Shown: piece after piece, positions 39,922-54,879 of the stretch | Layout of the letters: every line of letters starts with the position of its first letter | How positions within the stretch are numbered: position 1 is the stretch's first letter | Origin: Lama glama | Lineage: Eukaryota | DNA length: 64,000 nt | Direction: 5' to 3' | NCBI GenBank assembly: GCA_028534125.1 | Contig: CM052816.1 | Location: 37,202,001-37,266,000 of the forward strand | The notes under the pieces: generated by a model | The model's input: only the letters and a program-made list of their open reading frames with translations | The model's database searches: none | Told to the model about the DNA's origin: nothing | Made by a program: the position numbers and the translations under genes

Positions 39922-40826
39922 CTAGGCATATTTGTAGGGGAAATGAGTAATAGAGTGAGGCTTACTGAAATTGAAAGCTCTAATTTTACTAGTTTACTTT
40001 TTTCTTATAATGAATGATTCTAAAGAAAATCAGCCTGTTGGACTCTAACTTTAGTTAATACAGTTGCATGGCCAGACTTCTCCTTGGAAATCTAGTATAG
40101 AGTCTGTTGAGGCATCATAAAAGTTAGTGGAGATAACAGATTTGTAATCTCAGGTCATAATTTTGTTCCAAAAGAGACAATAGGCAGAGATTTTTTTTTC
40201 TACCTACAGATTGTAAAAAGGAAAATGAGTGAATGTGAAATAAAAGTAGAAAATAGATACATTTAACGAGGGAAAAAAATCCCTTAGTTTTTCAAAAATG
40301 ATACACTCGGGAATTCCAAATCAGTGTTGAATCAATGATCCATAAATAATATTCTGTATCAAGACTGAAGAGCATTTGTTTACTATAATCATTGAATGTA
40401 TTCTCTTGAAAGATGGAGCAGGAAATGTAATGGAACAAAATTTCATAATAATTCAAATTCCATGTGAGCCATTAGATTTACTATTTTCTCAGCATCTCTC
40501 ATGTTCTGTCATGTATGTCGAAGAGCTGTCTTCAGTACACACTGAAAAAATAAGGGATATTTACACAATAAAGTGAATAATATAAATGAACACTGAGGAA
40601 AGGATCTTGTGTGGTGACACATGAAAGTTCTTATTTTATAAAATCCTAAAGTTATACACATGTAAACTATACCTATTTTCTCTTATTCTTTGGAAAAAAA
40701 GTTTTTCTAAAAAAGATTTTTCTGTACCTTTTTATTTAAGAATTGAATACAAAATTATAAGGAAAACGTATGTTCTATTAATATACATTTTCTTTAGATT
40801 CTTTACAGAGTTAGAGATAACATCTT

Positions 40827-43800
40827 TTTTTATTAGTGAGGCACCATTGTTTTATAATATTATACAAGTTTACTGTGTACAGTATTATCATTGGACTTCT
40901 GAATGTACTACACTGTGTAGTACCAAAGGTCTAGTTTCCATCCATCACTGTACAGTTGGCCCCCTTTACCCATTTTTCTCAGCCCTGACCCCTTCCCCTC
41001 TAGTAACCACCAATCTTTTCTCTGTATTTATGTGCTTGTTTTGTTGTGTTTGTTCTTTTTTAATAGTTCACATATGGGTGAAATCATATGGTATTTGTCT
41101 TTCTCTGACTTATTTCACTTAGCATAGTATCCTCAAGTCTATCCACATTGCCACAAATGGCAAGATTTCATCTTTCTTATGGTTGACTAATATTCCATTG
41201 TGTATGTGGACCACATCTTTACCCATTCATGCATTAATGGGCACTTATGTTGTTTTCTGTCTAGGCTAATGTAAGTAATAACTGTGATGAACAGAGGGGT
41301 CTTTTCTAATTAGAGTCTTCAGATTCTTTGGATAAATACCCAGAAGTGGAATCACTGGATAACACAGTATTTCTAATTCTCAATTTTTTGAGAAATCTCC
41401 ATTTGTTTTCCATAGTACCTGTACCAGTTTACATTCCCATCAACAGTGTATTAGGGTTTCCTTTTCTCCTGCATCTTCTTCAACACTTACTATTTGTTGT
41501 CTTTTTGATAACAGCCATTTTAACAGAGGTGAAGTTATATCTCATTATGGTTTTAATTTGCATTTCTTTAATAATTAGTAATGCTAAATATGTTAATGTC
41601 CTATTAGCCATTTACTATTGTCTTTGGAAAAATGTCTATTCAGATCCTCTGCCCGTTTTTAAAATCAGGTTGATTCTTTTGCTGTTGTGTTGTATGATGT
41701 CTTTATGTATTTTGGATGTATATATATATATCCCCTCACTGAATATATGATGTGCAATTGTCTTCTCACATTTAGTAGGTTGTATTTTTGTTTTGTTGAT
41801 GCTTTGTTTGTTTGTTTGTTTGTTATACTGCTTGAAGCATTTTAGTTTGATGTAATCCCATTTGTTTATTTTTACTTTTGTTTCCCTTGCCTGAAAAGAA
41901 TCGCTAAATTTTCTTCTAGTAGTTTTATAGTTTCAGGTCTTAAATTCAAGTCTCTAATCTGTTTTGACTTAATCGTGCTTATGGTATAAGATAGTGGTCT
42001 AGTTTCATTCTTTTGCATGTGACTGTTTAGTTTCCCAACACCATTTATTGAAGAGACTGTTCTTTCTTCACTGTGTGTTATTTGCCCTTTTGTCTTAAAT
42101 CAATTGTCCATTTACATGTAAGTTTATCTCTGGGTTCTAAATTCTGTTCCATTGATCTGTGCATCTGTTTTTCTGCCAATGCCATGCTCCTGTGATTACT
42201 AGAGCTTTATAGTATAATTTGAAATCAGGAATGTGATCCTCCTACTTTGCTCTTTTTAATCAGAACAGCTTTGGCTACTCAGGGTCTTTTGTAGATTCAT
42301 ATAAATTGTAGGATTTTTTGGTTCTATTTCTGTGAAAAATGTCATTGGGATTTTGATAGTGATTGCACTGAATTTGTAGATTGCTTTACATATTAATGAA
42401 CATTTTAATGATGCTAATTTTTCTAATCCATGAGCTTTGAATATCTTTACATTTATTTGTGTCTTTTTCAATTTCTTTCATCAATATTTTATAGTTTTTA
42501 GTGTATAGGTCTTTCATCTCCTTGGTAAAATTTATTCCTAGGTATTTATTTTTTATTGTGATTGTAAATGAGATTGTTTTCTTAATTTTTCTTTCTGCTA
42601 GTTTATTGTTAGTGCATGGAAACAACAAATTGTTGTCTATTGATTTTGTACTTTTCCACTTTATTGTATTCTTTTATTATATCTAATAGTTTTGATGGAG
42701 GTGTTAGGGTTTTTTATATATAAAATCATGTTATCCAAAGATAATGATAGTTTTACTTCTTCCTTTCCAATTTGGGTGACTTTTTTTTTTCTTGTCCAAT
42801 TACTCTGGATAGAACTTTCAATACTATGTTGAATAAAAGTGGTGAGAGTGGGCATGCTTACCTTGTTCCTGATTTTAAAGTGTGAGCTTTCATTTTTTCA
42901 CCCTTTAGTATGAGCTGTGAGTCTGTCCTACATGGCTTTCATTATGAATTGAAGTAGATTCCTTCTATATCCATTTTTATTGAGAGTTTTTATCACATGT
43001 GGGTGTTGAGTATTGTCAAATGTTTTTCTACATCTATTGAGATGATCATATGATTTTTTTATCCTTCATTCAGTTAATGTGGTATATCAAGTTTTGCAAT
43101 ATGTTGAACTATTGTTTCATCCCTGGAATAAATCCCACTTGATCATGGTATATGACCATTTTAAAGTATTGTTGTATTGGGTTTGCTAATATTTTTGTTG
43201 ATGACTTTTTGCATCCATAGTCATCAGAGAGATTGATCTGTAATTTTTTTAAGTGTCTTTAATCTGGTTTTGGTGTTATGGTAATGTTGATCTCTTAAAA
43301 TGAGCTAGAAAGTACTCCCCCCTTCAATTTTTTGGAAGAGTTTGAGAAGGAAAAATATTAAATCATCTTTGAATATTTGATATAATTAATCAGTGATGCT
43401 ATCTGGTAAGGGACTTTAGTTTTATGGGAGGTTTTTGATTATTGTTTCAATGTCCTTACTCCTGATTAGTCTAAGCAGATTTTATATTACTTCATGATTC
43501 AGTCGTGGAAGGTTATATGATTCTAAGAATTTATCCATTTCTTCTAGGTTGTCCAATTTGTTAGGTATAGCTGTTCATAGTACTCACCTATGATCCTTTG
43601 TATTTCTGTAATATCTGTTGTAATTTCTGCAATTTGGTACTGATTTTATCTAAGACTTCATTTTTTCTTACTAGGTCTAACTAAAGGTTTGCCAGTTTTG
43701 TTTATCTTTAAAAAAACAGCTGGATGATCTATCAATTGATGTAAGTGGGTGTTAAATTTTCCTATTATTATTGTGTTGCTATTCATTCTCCTTTAAGGTC

Positions 43801-46424
43801 TTTTAATAAATGCTTTATATATTTTGGTGCTTCTATTTTAAGTGCATCTATATTAATATGTGTTGTGTCTTCTTTATGAATTGTTCCCTTTATCATTACA
43901 TAATACTCATCTTTGTCTCTCGTTATCTTTTTTGGCCTAACATCTATTTTGTCTGTGGTTACTACCACTTTCTTTTGGCTGCTATTTTCTTGAAGTATCA
44001 TCTTCCATCCCTTTACTTTGAACCTATGTTCAGTTTTAGAGCTGAGATGAGTCTCCTTGAGGCATTATAAAGCTGGGTCTTGGTTTTTCATCCTTCTAGC
44101 CATTCTGTGCCTTTTGATTGGTGAATTCAATCCATTTATACTTAGGATGATTATTGATAAATGAGACATAGTACTGCCATTTTATCTTTTTCTGCTCTAT
44201 ATCTTCATCGTTACTTTTTCCTTGTATTTCTGTCTGCCATTTTGATTTTGTCATTTTCTATGATTTTTTTCTCAGCTTCCTCTTTTTTGTATTTCATGTC
44301 TCGGCTCTATATTTTTGTTTTGTGGTTACCATCATTTTTGCATAAAATGTCTCATAGATAAAATAGTCCTTTTTTCTGCTCATAGTACCTTATGTTCATT
44401 TTCCTATATAGGTTCTATCCTTTCCCTCTTCCCCTTTTAGATTTTTATCCCAATTTTATATTGTCTTAAAATATAATTTTTTATGTTCTGTGTTTGTTAC
44501 CAAATTGAAGTAGCTATAGTAATTTTTAATACTTTTCAACTTTTAATTTTTGTGCTTTAGTAGTTTAACAATCTTTTCTGATATGGAGTCACACTTTTCT
44601 CATTCTCTTTATCACCCCCTCAAAGTTTTGTGTATTTTTATCTTTTTGTTTCAGGTAGAAGTGCTCCTTTCAATGTTTCCTGTAAAGCAGGTAGAGTATT
44701 GATGAACCCCCTCAGCTTTTGTCTGAGAAAGCCTTTATTTCTTTTCTATATCTGAAGGATAACTTTGTTAAATTGAGTATTCTTGGCTGACAGTTTTTAA
44801 TCTCTCAAAAATTTAAGTATGTCATTCCACTCTCTCCTGGCTCGTATTGTTTCTCCTGAGAAATCTGCTCATAGCCTAATTGGGGTTCCATTGTAGGTTG
44901 CTGTCTTTTTTCCCCTGGCTGCCTTTGAAATTCTTTATCATTGACTTTGGCAATTTTAATGTAATGTTCCTTGGAGAAGGTCTTTTTGCATTGAGATAAT
45001 TAGATGTCCTCTTGGCTTCATGGACTTGTATGTCTATTTCCTTCCCCAGGTTTGGGAAGTTCTCATTTATGATTTATTTAAATAAACACTCTGCTCCACT
45101 TCCCCTCTCTTCTTCTTCTGTGTTACCCACTACCTTATGTTGCTTTGTTTAATAGAGTAGGATAGCGTGAGAGCTCTTCATTTTTAAAAAATCGTAGTTC
45201 TCTATCCTCTTCTACTTGAATCATTTCTGGATTTCTAGCTTCAGGCTTGCTAATTCTCTCTTCCACATTGTCTGCTCTATTGCCAATGCTTTTTATTTCA
45301 TTCTTCACCTTATTTATTGAGTTCTTAAGCTTTGCAATTTCCATTTGGTTCACTTTTGGAGTTTTGATCTTTTTGATAAGGTAATCTTTCTGTTCATTAA
45401 TTTTATTTCTGAGCTCATTCAGATGTCTGTCTTTGTTTCCTTGTAGCTCATAGAGTTTCTTCATAACAGCTATTTTGAATTCTCTATCAGTTAGATCACA
45501 ATCTTTCATGATTTTAAATTTGGTTTATGGAGATTGTCATTTTCTTTGTGTGATACAGTTGTCTTTTATGGTGCTTTGTAAGTTGTTCCTTTGCTGGCAC
45601 ATTTGAAGTAGCAAAAACCTTTCCCATTTTACTTTGGGTCTAACAATTCATATGGTTGGTAATTAGAGGTCTTTCTTTTGTTTTTCAGTAGTGAGAGGGC
45701 TATAGTTCAAGGTTTTGATTTCTCTTATCTGAGCTGCCTCTTGGCTATAGTTGAAAATCAGCACTTTTCACCCGCTCCTGCCTCTGCCAGAGGTATCACT
45801 GGTTCCCCTCATTGTTGCTGCTTGTGCCTCCTGGATCATGGTGCTTTGCTGCTGCTGGCTGTTGCTCCCCACTAGGGGAAGATGCCACCACTGAGTGTCG
45901 GGTTGCCTGGGTCATGGTCCATGGTGGGTGAGGGGGAGAATGGGAAACCAGGGTTGGGGAAGTCACCATCTTTATGGTTGTTGGACGCATGGGGGTCGCC
46001 ACCACTGTGGATGAGGGGACTGGAGTTGCAGGCATAGCCACGGATAGAGAGACTGGGGTCATGGGGTCATGGGATCTGTCGCCACTGCTGCCCATCTGTG
46101 ACCACAGGTGCCACTATGGGTAGGAGGCTGGAGTTGTGTGTGCTACAAGGGTATCTGGGGCTGGGTGCTCAGCCACCACAACTGGGGATCTGGGATCACA
46201 GGCACCACCTCTATCGTCCCCCTGGTTCTGCGTCCTCTATATGTTCCAATCCACTCACCTTCAGAAGTACAGATGTATGGCTTTCTCTGGAGTCTTGATG
46301 TGTTGAGCAGAAGAACCTTGTTGAGTTATGGATGGTTCACTAGCTGTACACTGAAGAAGAGAGACAAAGGAAGTGTCTCATACTACCATGCTGCTGATGT
46401 CATCTCCCCTACCCTGCCACCCCG
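40827..46424 (-). mobile_element. Near full-length decayed LINE-1 (5' UTR, ORF1, ORF2, 3' UTR) bounded by TSD
   Basis: GC-rich 5' UTR about 45780-46424; ORF1 (MKDCDLTDREFKIAVMKKLYELQ...EERIS); endonuclease remnant (RDKDEYYVMIKGTIHKED..APKYIKHLL); RT remnants; poly-T at 40825-40831; TSD gagataacatctt 40814-40826 and gagacaacatctt 46425-46437, followed by aaaa. Confidence 0.93.
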
Positions 46425-46649
46425 GAGACAACATCTTAAAAGTTATTGGCAATAATTAAATATACATAATTTCAATTTTAAAATAATTTTAACAAAACGT
46501 GTAACACTTAAAATGTTTTTACTTCCACCAACAAGTTTGTGGGGAATAAAATAATTTCAAATAGAGATGTTATATTACCAAACATATACCTTTGTTAATC
46601 CTCCTTACCTAATAATCTGAACTGAATTCTAGCAATTTATATTGCTATA

Positions 46650-47858
46650 TCAAAGTAACCAATAGTCTCAACCAAATGAAAAGACAACCTAATGAATGAG
46701 AGAAAATATTTGTAAATGATGTGGTTAATAAGGTGTTAATATCAAAATATATGAACAGCTCATATAACTCAATATAAAAAACAAACCAGCCAAATAAAAA
46801 ATGGGCAGAAGACCTAAATAGAAGTTTTTGCAAAGAAGACATACAGATGGTTAACAGGCACATGAAAAAATGCTCATCATTGCTAATTATTAGAGAAATG
46901 CAAATCAAAACCATGAGATACCACCTCACACCTGTCAGAATGGCTCTCATCAAAACACCTACATATAACAAAGGTTGGCAAGAATCTGGAGAAAAGGAAA
47001 CCCTAGTATACTGTTGATTGGATTATGAATTGGTGCAGCCATTATGGAAAACAACAGTACAGAGGTTCCTCAAAAAACTAAAAATAGAACTACCATATGG
47101 TACAGCAGTTTCATTCCTGGGTATACATCTGAAAAAACAAAAACACTAATTTGAAAAGACAAATGCACCTCAGTATTCATAGCAGCATTATTTACAATAT
47201 CCAAGATATGGAAGCAACCCAAGTTTTCCACTAACAGATGATATCTATGTATCTATATATACCATTATATATCATATATAAAATATATATTATATTCTAT
47301 ATACAGTTATACTATATGTTAATTATACTATAATTATATTATATATAATTATGTGATAAATATAATAGTAATTATACTATATGTAAATTATATATCAACA
47401 AGTATATAACACATGTAATAGAGTATTATTACTCAGCCATAAAAAGAGTGAAATTCTGCCATTTACAGCATAGATGTACCTAAAGAGTATTATGCTTAAT
47501 GGTATAAGTCCAACAGAGAAAGACAAATACTGTATACTATCACTTATATGTGGAATCTAAAAAATAACACCCAGCAATGTACATAACACAAGAGAAACAG
47601 ACACAAAGATATAGAAAACAAACTAGTGGATACCAGTGGAAAGGTGGATATGGGGAGGGGCAAGATAAGAGGTTAAGAGACACAAATTACTACAGATAAA
47701 ATAGACAAGTAACAAGGATATACTGTATTGCACAGGGAAATATATCTGTTATTTTGTAATAACTTTAAATTGAGTATAACCTATAAAAATACAGAATTGC
47801 TATGCTGTATACTTGAAACTAATATAATACTGTAACTCAACTATACTTCAATGCAAAA
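46650..47858 (+). mobile_element. 5'-truncated L1 (ORF2 C-terminus and 3' UTR) with AT-rich expansion
   Basis: aaaagacaacctaatgaatgagagaaaatatttg...gaaatgcaaatcaaaaccatgagataccacctcacacctgtcagaatggc...gaaactaatataatactgtaactcaactatacttcaat. Confidence 0.92.
47240..47420. repeat. AT-rich low-complexity expansion inside L1
   Basis: Degenerate TA repeats with recurring ttatactatatgt / taattatacta units. Confidence 0.85.
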
Positions 47859-50800
47859 GCTATCAGCCTATTAATTCATTTATTCAATAATAATTGAAGA
47901 CAAATTTTGTTTACTAGCCCAAGTATTGGATAAAGTATGATCTCTTATTTTTAAAAACTTATCACCTAGTAAAAAAGACAGAAAATGGCATTTCAAGTTG
48001 ACAGTCACTATGGTAATTATAGTCATGTATTCACAAGAAAGAGGGAGTGTATGAGGATAAACATTGATAACTGTCTTGAGGCTTTTATTGTTCTGTCGCC
48101 TAAAATCAAACATTTTACTTTTAATCAGTTTTTACTGACTGCTAATTTTCTCATCCAAACTGGAGTTTCAGCTAGAAGAGGAGAAAAATACAAATGAGGC
48201 CATCAATTATTAAAATCAATTGTAGCAGCTATGTCTTTGGCAACCAAAACTTTTTTTCATCTCCGTCCTTTTCACCTTCTGCTTATTTTCCTCTCAGAGA
48301 GGCAAAGCATACAAAAAGGGGCTAAGTGATGAAAACTTAGTAAATTCACTAGGAAAAGGTAGATGACCTAAAATTATTTCTATAGAGATCATTTTCCATT
48401 CCACACCTCCGCCGCAAAATACTAAATATCTGCTTTTCTGTGCTGGATAGAAACCAAAGATTTATTTTTTCACTTATATTTGACAAAATCACAGAAGTAC
48501 ATATCTTAAAAACTGGATTGAGTGTTAGAAAGTAGTCCTTCATTTTATAGATAAGAAATGAGAAGTTCAAAAAATATAAGCGATTTTCTCAGTTTCAAAG
48601 TGAGTCCCATTGCTTTGAAGTTCACCTCTAAAAGTTAAGCCCTTTTATTCAGGAGGATGAAGGTGGCTAGGATCAAGTGGCAGATGGCAAGTCCAAAACA
48701 GATCATTAGAATAGCCACATTCTGCCAACTAAACATTTATTTAAATATTCAAGTCTGTGTATATCTACACAACTATGCATAAAAGTTTAAATAGCTAAAT
48801 AATTGAAACTGCATTTTAAACCAGTTGGAATTGTAGAAGCAAAATATTCAGATGATCAGGTAAAGTTTGCTTCCCTTTGAAATGTAAGCAGTTCTCTTTC
48901 AATAATCTTTTATATTATAAATATGGATTGGGATGAAGATATTTTCTGAACTTGATCAATTTTATGTTTTAGATGATTTAAAAACCTAACCCAAAATCTA
49001 AATATTTTTCTTATACCTTTCTTCTAGAGAAATGTTCAGGGAGGTTGCTTTCCTGTGTAAAACAAAAGCAAACTAAACTAAAAGTATCTTTATTTTCAAC
49101 AGTTGTTTTTTTTTTTTTTAACTTCCAGGGAGGTCACCTCTATTTCACCTAGTTTCCTTGCAACTCTCTTTCTTATAAGGTAGATTTTTACTGTACTTCA
49201 ATTTAGGTATTTTTCTAAGACTGGAAATAAGGTAAGTGTTCAGACAGGTGCATAAGAGAAATTTGCCAGAATGGGCTTCCGTGTTACTTACTAAGGACAG
49301 TACTGAAACATTATCCATTCCCAAATCCTGCTGTTCTCACAGAGACCCTAAAGCCAAGTAATAACTTTTCTACAGTTGCTAATTCAGCCTTTAGAAATTG
49401 GTTGAAAAATGCATATGACATATAATCTCAGAATGGCTCTGGAGGAACTGGAAGAAACACACAGACAAGATTCCCACAGAGATGAGCATGTCACGGCAGG
49501 TTGGCTAACATGACCTCAGCCCAGCTCATACCGCCCTTGTTTAAGTCTCACTAGTATCAGCCATTATAACCTCAGCTGTGCATGCTGAAACGATAGTGTG
49601 TTATTAAAATAATTACATATTCATTCTTTTCTTAAAGATCTTTTCTCCCTCTTCTTCTGGTTTGTGTGTATGCATATACATATAATTTCCATTTTAAGAA
49701 ATGAACGTTTTCATGCCTTTTGTAGAATAAGACCTTTCAAAATGCAGCGATGAGAGATACGTACTTTGCACTTTTCTTTCAACTGTAAAAATATATCTTT
49801 CTATGCAAGGACAGATCTCAGTTTTGGGTCCTAAAAGTCATAAGTTTGGCAACCCTCTTTTAGAAAAAGAAGGCAGATATTAAGAGTATGTAATTGCACA
49901 GGAAACTGAATATTTATTTAGACTGGGAAAGGGGAGACTTGGAAGGGACTTAGGAAAGGAAGAAGCCACCAAGTTTAATTTACATGAGTTTCCTAATAAA
50001 CCCAACTCTGTTAAGCTGATTGTTTTTTCCTTGGCAAAAAGCCATGAATAGTAAGTGTATTACATCATATTTTTTCATAGTTCTTAACCCTTTTTTAATG
50101 AAAGCACACTTTTTAAAATCTTAAAGATATTAGTGTCCTTAAAGTTATTCATTTTTTCCTGCCCAGTGAGATGCCAGAGAGCCTAAATAGCTTTATTAAC
50201 TCTCACAGTTTTTCTACTATAAAAAGATATTTACAGTAGTAATTAGTTTGACTTAAAAAATTAAGAAAGTCTAATGTACTTATTTTGTCAGATTTTTGTC
50301 AGGAAAGTATACACAATTGTGCTAGTAATTTCCCAACACTCATACTTCCTTTCCATTTTGAGAATAAGTAGAAAGTTAAAAGATTTTTTCTCCTTAGATA
50401 TGTAGGCTCATCTCACGGTGGTTAGCTGAACAAAGTAGAGAATGGCTGCCTTGTTTAAAAAAGAAATATGGAAGACTTGACAGTTTCATGTTGTGAAAAT
50501 CTGAAGGTATGATCAAGAATTTTCCTCTGAGTGCTGAAAAATATTATTCCCCAATGATAAATCAAAATTATTAATGACTTTGAAATTTTAGTTGTAGAGA
50601 AATAAATTGTGCAATCAGGTCTCTATGTTATAAGAATTATCTATATCACCACAAATCTAAAATTTCCCTATTAAAAAGGCAATAGAGTTAACTATTGTCA
50701 AAAAAATAGACCCTGTGTTTTAAGGAGGAGAGATTTTTTTTAAGCTACAGCTTTCTTCTTTGTTGACTATTCTCACTTCCCCAAAGTAAATGATAAATAT

Positions 50801-53800
50801 TTCATATCACTTTAAAAGGCATCAATAGAACTATAATGCTATCATAGTGTATATATTAGTGCATTAGGCATTTAAAAAAAAAATGGGTCCCAGATAGTGT
50901 TTAGATGTTTATAAGCAGGATTTTTTTTCCACCAAATGTATTCAAATAATTACCTGCATCATAATTACTGGATTGCTTATTATACTCATGGTGCCAAAAA
51001 ATCTGCTTCCAACCCAATGAACTAGAATCTTTGAGGGTGGGTCCCCTATCAACATTTTTTAAACAAGATGTCCAGGGAATTATTTTACACACTGAAGTTT
51101 ATGAACCACCATAAAAACAATAATCTTCTTGTGTTTTATCAGTAAACACTTAAAATAACTACATAACTATTTCTTATATTTGGCAACAGATAAGGAAATG
51201 TGAAGGTAACCATAGTTTAAAACAGAAAACATAATCTTTACCAAAGTAATAAAGATATTTGCCAAGCTCCTGTCTTTATATTCTAATATAATCCTTAGAG
51301 AATTCTAATATTCTTTAATCACTTATATATTTATGTATGGAATCCAACAATCACATTAAACTTACTTTATTTTTTCAGGTGCTGAGACAGATATTTACTT
51401 AATACTAATAACTCAAAAGTTATGATGATCCCATAATTCGTATTTTGGAAAGTATGATTAAGTTACTGTATTACCAAAGGCAAGTTAGTATTGTGATTCC
51501 TAGACAAAGCAGCAGTAAGACATAATATTTGACAAAAGCTACCAAGTTTTGATAACATAAATTTAACTATGTATTTTAGGAGAATGTTAAGTTTTGAGTT
51601 AGTTTATATGACGTGTTAATTTATTTACCTACTGATTTTAAAACTCTCTAGGCATGCTCAAAACTACCTGCAAATAATGTATGATTCATAGAATTCAAGC
51701 AGAAATATATTTTCTTACTCATGTGCATGAATAAGAAAATATTATTAATTAATATTATTAATCTAACTATCTTCTCTGTTTCCATTTCTCCCGTGGCACT
51801 ACTAGAGTAAATGTAGGACAAAGATAAAAGTTACCTAAAGGTTATTCAGTCACAAATATACATAGATCTAAAGTATGAAGACATCAGGGACCTCCAGGTG
51901 GGTCTGTGGTTCACATCCCAGGAGTGAGAAGCAGCCCTGAATGCTTTTTGACAGTTTTAGTCCAGTGTACTCTGTCCTATTCCAGACCCTGGACACCCTT
52001 CCTTGGCCAGAGTGACTGCTTCTAGAAAGTAATTTTGGATTGAATTAGAGCTTTCTGAGACAGACAAAACATACTTTACAGTAGGCAAATTGAATTTCTC
52101 TGGTTCAGTGACTTGCTGTGCCACGGCGCCTCTCAAGAAGATTTTCACATTATTGAGAGCTGGTAGATTTCCTTGTAAAATAGCCATAGGCAGCACATAC
52201 ACACTACGCAGCCGATTCTTTGTCTGCCATTTCTCTCAGAAATATTTCTATCTTTCTGTCACACACATACAAAACTATTTAAATGAAGCATACAAAGAGA
52301 TGACATAGGCTATTGTCTCTGTCTTTGAAAAGAGTATGTTTCAAGTGGTTTCTAATTCGTGAAGAAGTCTCAGAGGAAAGGCTTAGCTCAGTACCTGGTA
52401 TTGTAGAAATTCAGTCTCTTTAATGGAGTGAAATGGAAGGGATATTTACTTATCTCACATACAGCTGTGAATGGAGAATTGGAAATATTTGCAATGATTT
52501 CATTAGGAATACTAGATGGTACCAGCTGTTGGAGATACCTATTTATCCTAACAGTTTGCATAGAAATGAGCCTCTTCTTTTTAATTTTCCCTTTTGGAAC
52601 ATTACTAAAAATTACAGGCAGATAAGTAATAACAAAGATTTTACTTTCAAAATACTTTTGTTCAAATAAAGCCAGAAACTTCTGTTGAGTGTTCAGCGTG
52701 TACAGGAATAAGTAGAGAGCACTTTGGTGTGTTAGTATCAGAGGAATTGGCAGCACTCATAAGAAATAACTCAACACATTCCAAGTTTCATGGTTTATTT
52801 TAAAAGATTTTTAAGATTAAAATAATTCATCATATAGGGAACAGTTTTTTTTATAGGCAGGACAACCATTTTTTATTCATTCTTAATTTGTTATTGATTT
52901 TGTCTTTGTTTCTGAAGCACCTCATCTTGGTGATTTTGCTGTCACGTTATCCCAGGAAAAGTACACCTACGTATTTTGCTATAGTGCATGAAGTGCCACA
53001 GTCCAATTTATACCCCTTTCTCCTGCATTTTATACATCTCAGATAAAATTTCACGATTGGAAAAACAAATGTCAGGGTCATTAGGTAATGAGGAACATTC
53101 ATTCTGACATAGGGGAGAGGATTGTATTTAACCAGAATATGCAGAGTTCTCGGTGGTGATTCTTCACTCAGAGGTCCCATGGGCTTGCAGCCCTAGGAAC
53201 AGATGTGATCTCAAGCCTGGTTTAAAGAGAACAGAGCCATGGGCGGAAATACCTCCCTCCATCAGTGAGGGAGCTTCTGCCAGGAGTAGCAGAAGGACCC
53301 TAGAACCCTTGCCAAATTAGAATCTGCCTGGTGAGAAGTCACTGGGCATAAAATCTCCAGTGATTTGGTGCTTATTCACTGAGCAAACCAGAAAGCATAT
53401 GTGAAGAATTCACAAAAGGGCTTGAGTGCATGTGCCTCAGCCGTGGTGGGAGGGGAGTGGAATCTTACTGATTTTTCTCCTCCAAGTGCTTGCTCAGGGT
53501 CTGCTGTATTGTTCAAAACCTCCGGCAAAACAAGGGTATCTAGAACATATATATGGATTGAGAAGGTTGATATTATGCACTTTTTCTTTAATTCTATTTG
53601 TTTCAGTAGTTTTGTTTGATTTTGTTTTACAGGGCAGGACAAACAAAACCATCTGGTTTCTGTTTCTCTTTTCTTTTTTCTTCTAAAAGTGTAAATAAGA
53701 CCTTAAGAAGAAACTTGAAAACAGACTGTAATAATGCTTACTATGTCTAGCATGATTAAAAAGTGTTCTATAAATATAGGCATTAAACAAAATAAGATTC

Positions 53801-54879
53801 ACTATAGATATGTTTTCACTCTCAAAGAGTAAGTGGCATAATATTCAGGAGTTAGTCCTAAATTCTAAAGACTTTGGTACATGCAAAATTAAAAGTGACA
53901 AAAGAATTAAAAAATGATAAATATATTGATAGATTATACCACACAATGCTATGAATACACACAGGCTGCCTGGCTTGCTGGCCTCTTAGCTGATACTCAT
54001 GTCAGAAAGAATGGCTTGAACATTTTATTTTGTTTTACTTTGTTTTAGCAGCTTTGACATCCCAAATGCATGGGGTAATGTTACAGCAAAAGTTACATTT
54101 TTTACTATGTTGCATATGAATCAGTTATTTAGAACATTCCTGCTGAAAATATCACAGCAACACCACCATTTTAATGGGACAGTGCAAAGATATCCTGGAG
54201 AATCAATTACAGTGAAGGCTTATTAGAGCTGTTTTGCTTTTCATTATTTTATGGGGTTAGGAGGACAGTTGATGAGGTAATGAGACCTGAAACATTTCCA
54301 GTACTTCTCGAGGGAAATAGAATAACATTCAGTTGGATCAGAAGAATTACTGAAGAGGTGTTACTAAGTTGAAAATTTTGGTGTCTACAACTCAGACAGC
54401 AGCAGCCTTGTGTTCTGCCATATTAACAAAACAATGTGGAAAACCTCAGGTAACGGTGATGATGCTTTGGCTAAATCAATAGTTTAGTTCTGCAAGTTTG
54501 TTTTCAGAAAAGGAAATAGTAAATTAAATAGTGGGTGACATCAAAGAAGTCCACACGAGGAAAATTTTTATCAGAGCTAGTCTAAAGAACGCTGGCAAAT
54601 AGAAAGTAATTTTTAAATTAACTGGTAGGTATTGCTAATCTAATCAGAAATCTTCAGTCTTGAGAGTCTTTATTTTAATATTCCTTAGTTGGGATGTATC
54701 CCCAGCTACTGACTAAGACAAGGTGACTGTAAAGGTATCAATGAAACATATTCCTGGAAACATTTCCACTAAATGTAACTCACTTCAAGTAACAAAAGAG
54801 TGAGGTACAAAATGTTTTCTGAATCAATTTTGCAAGATCAAATGTAAGAAAGCTTCTTTTTAATCTTGTCTCAACTTAC

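Noticed and set aside
45678..46455. GC-rich region with several ORFs, resembling a promoter or gene
   Set aside because: It is the 5' UTR of the TSD-bounded L1; the ORFs follow from GC richness.
52388..52756. Three overlapping ORFs in unique DNA
   Set aside because: No recognisable protein similarity and no convincing flanking splice-site pair; compatible with chance.
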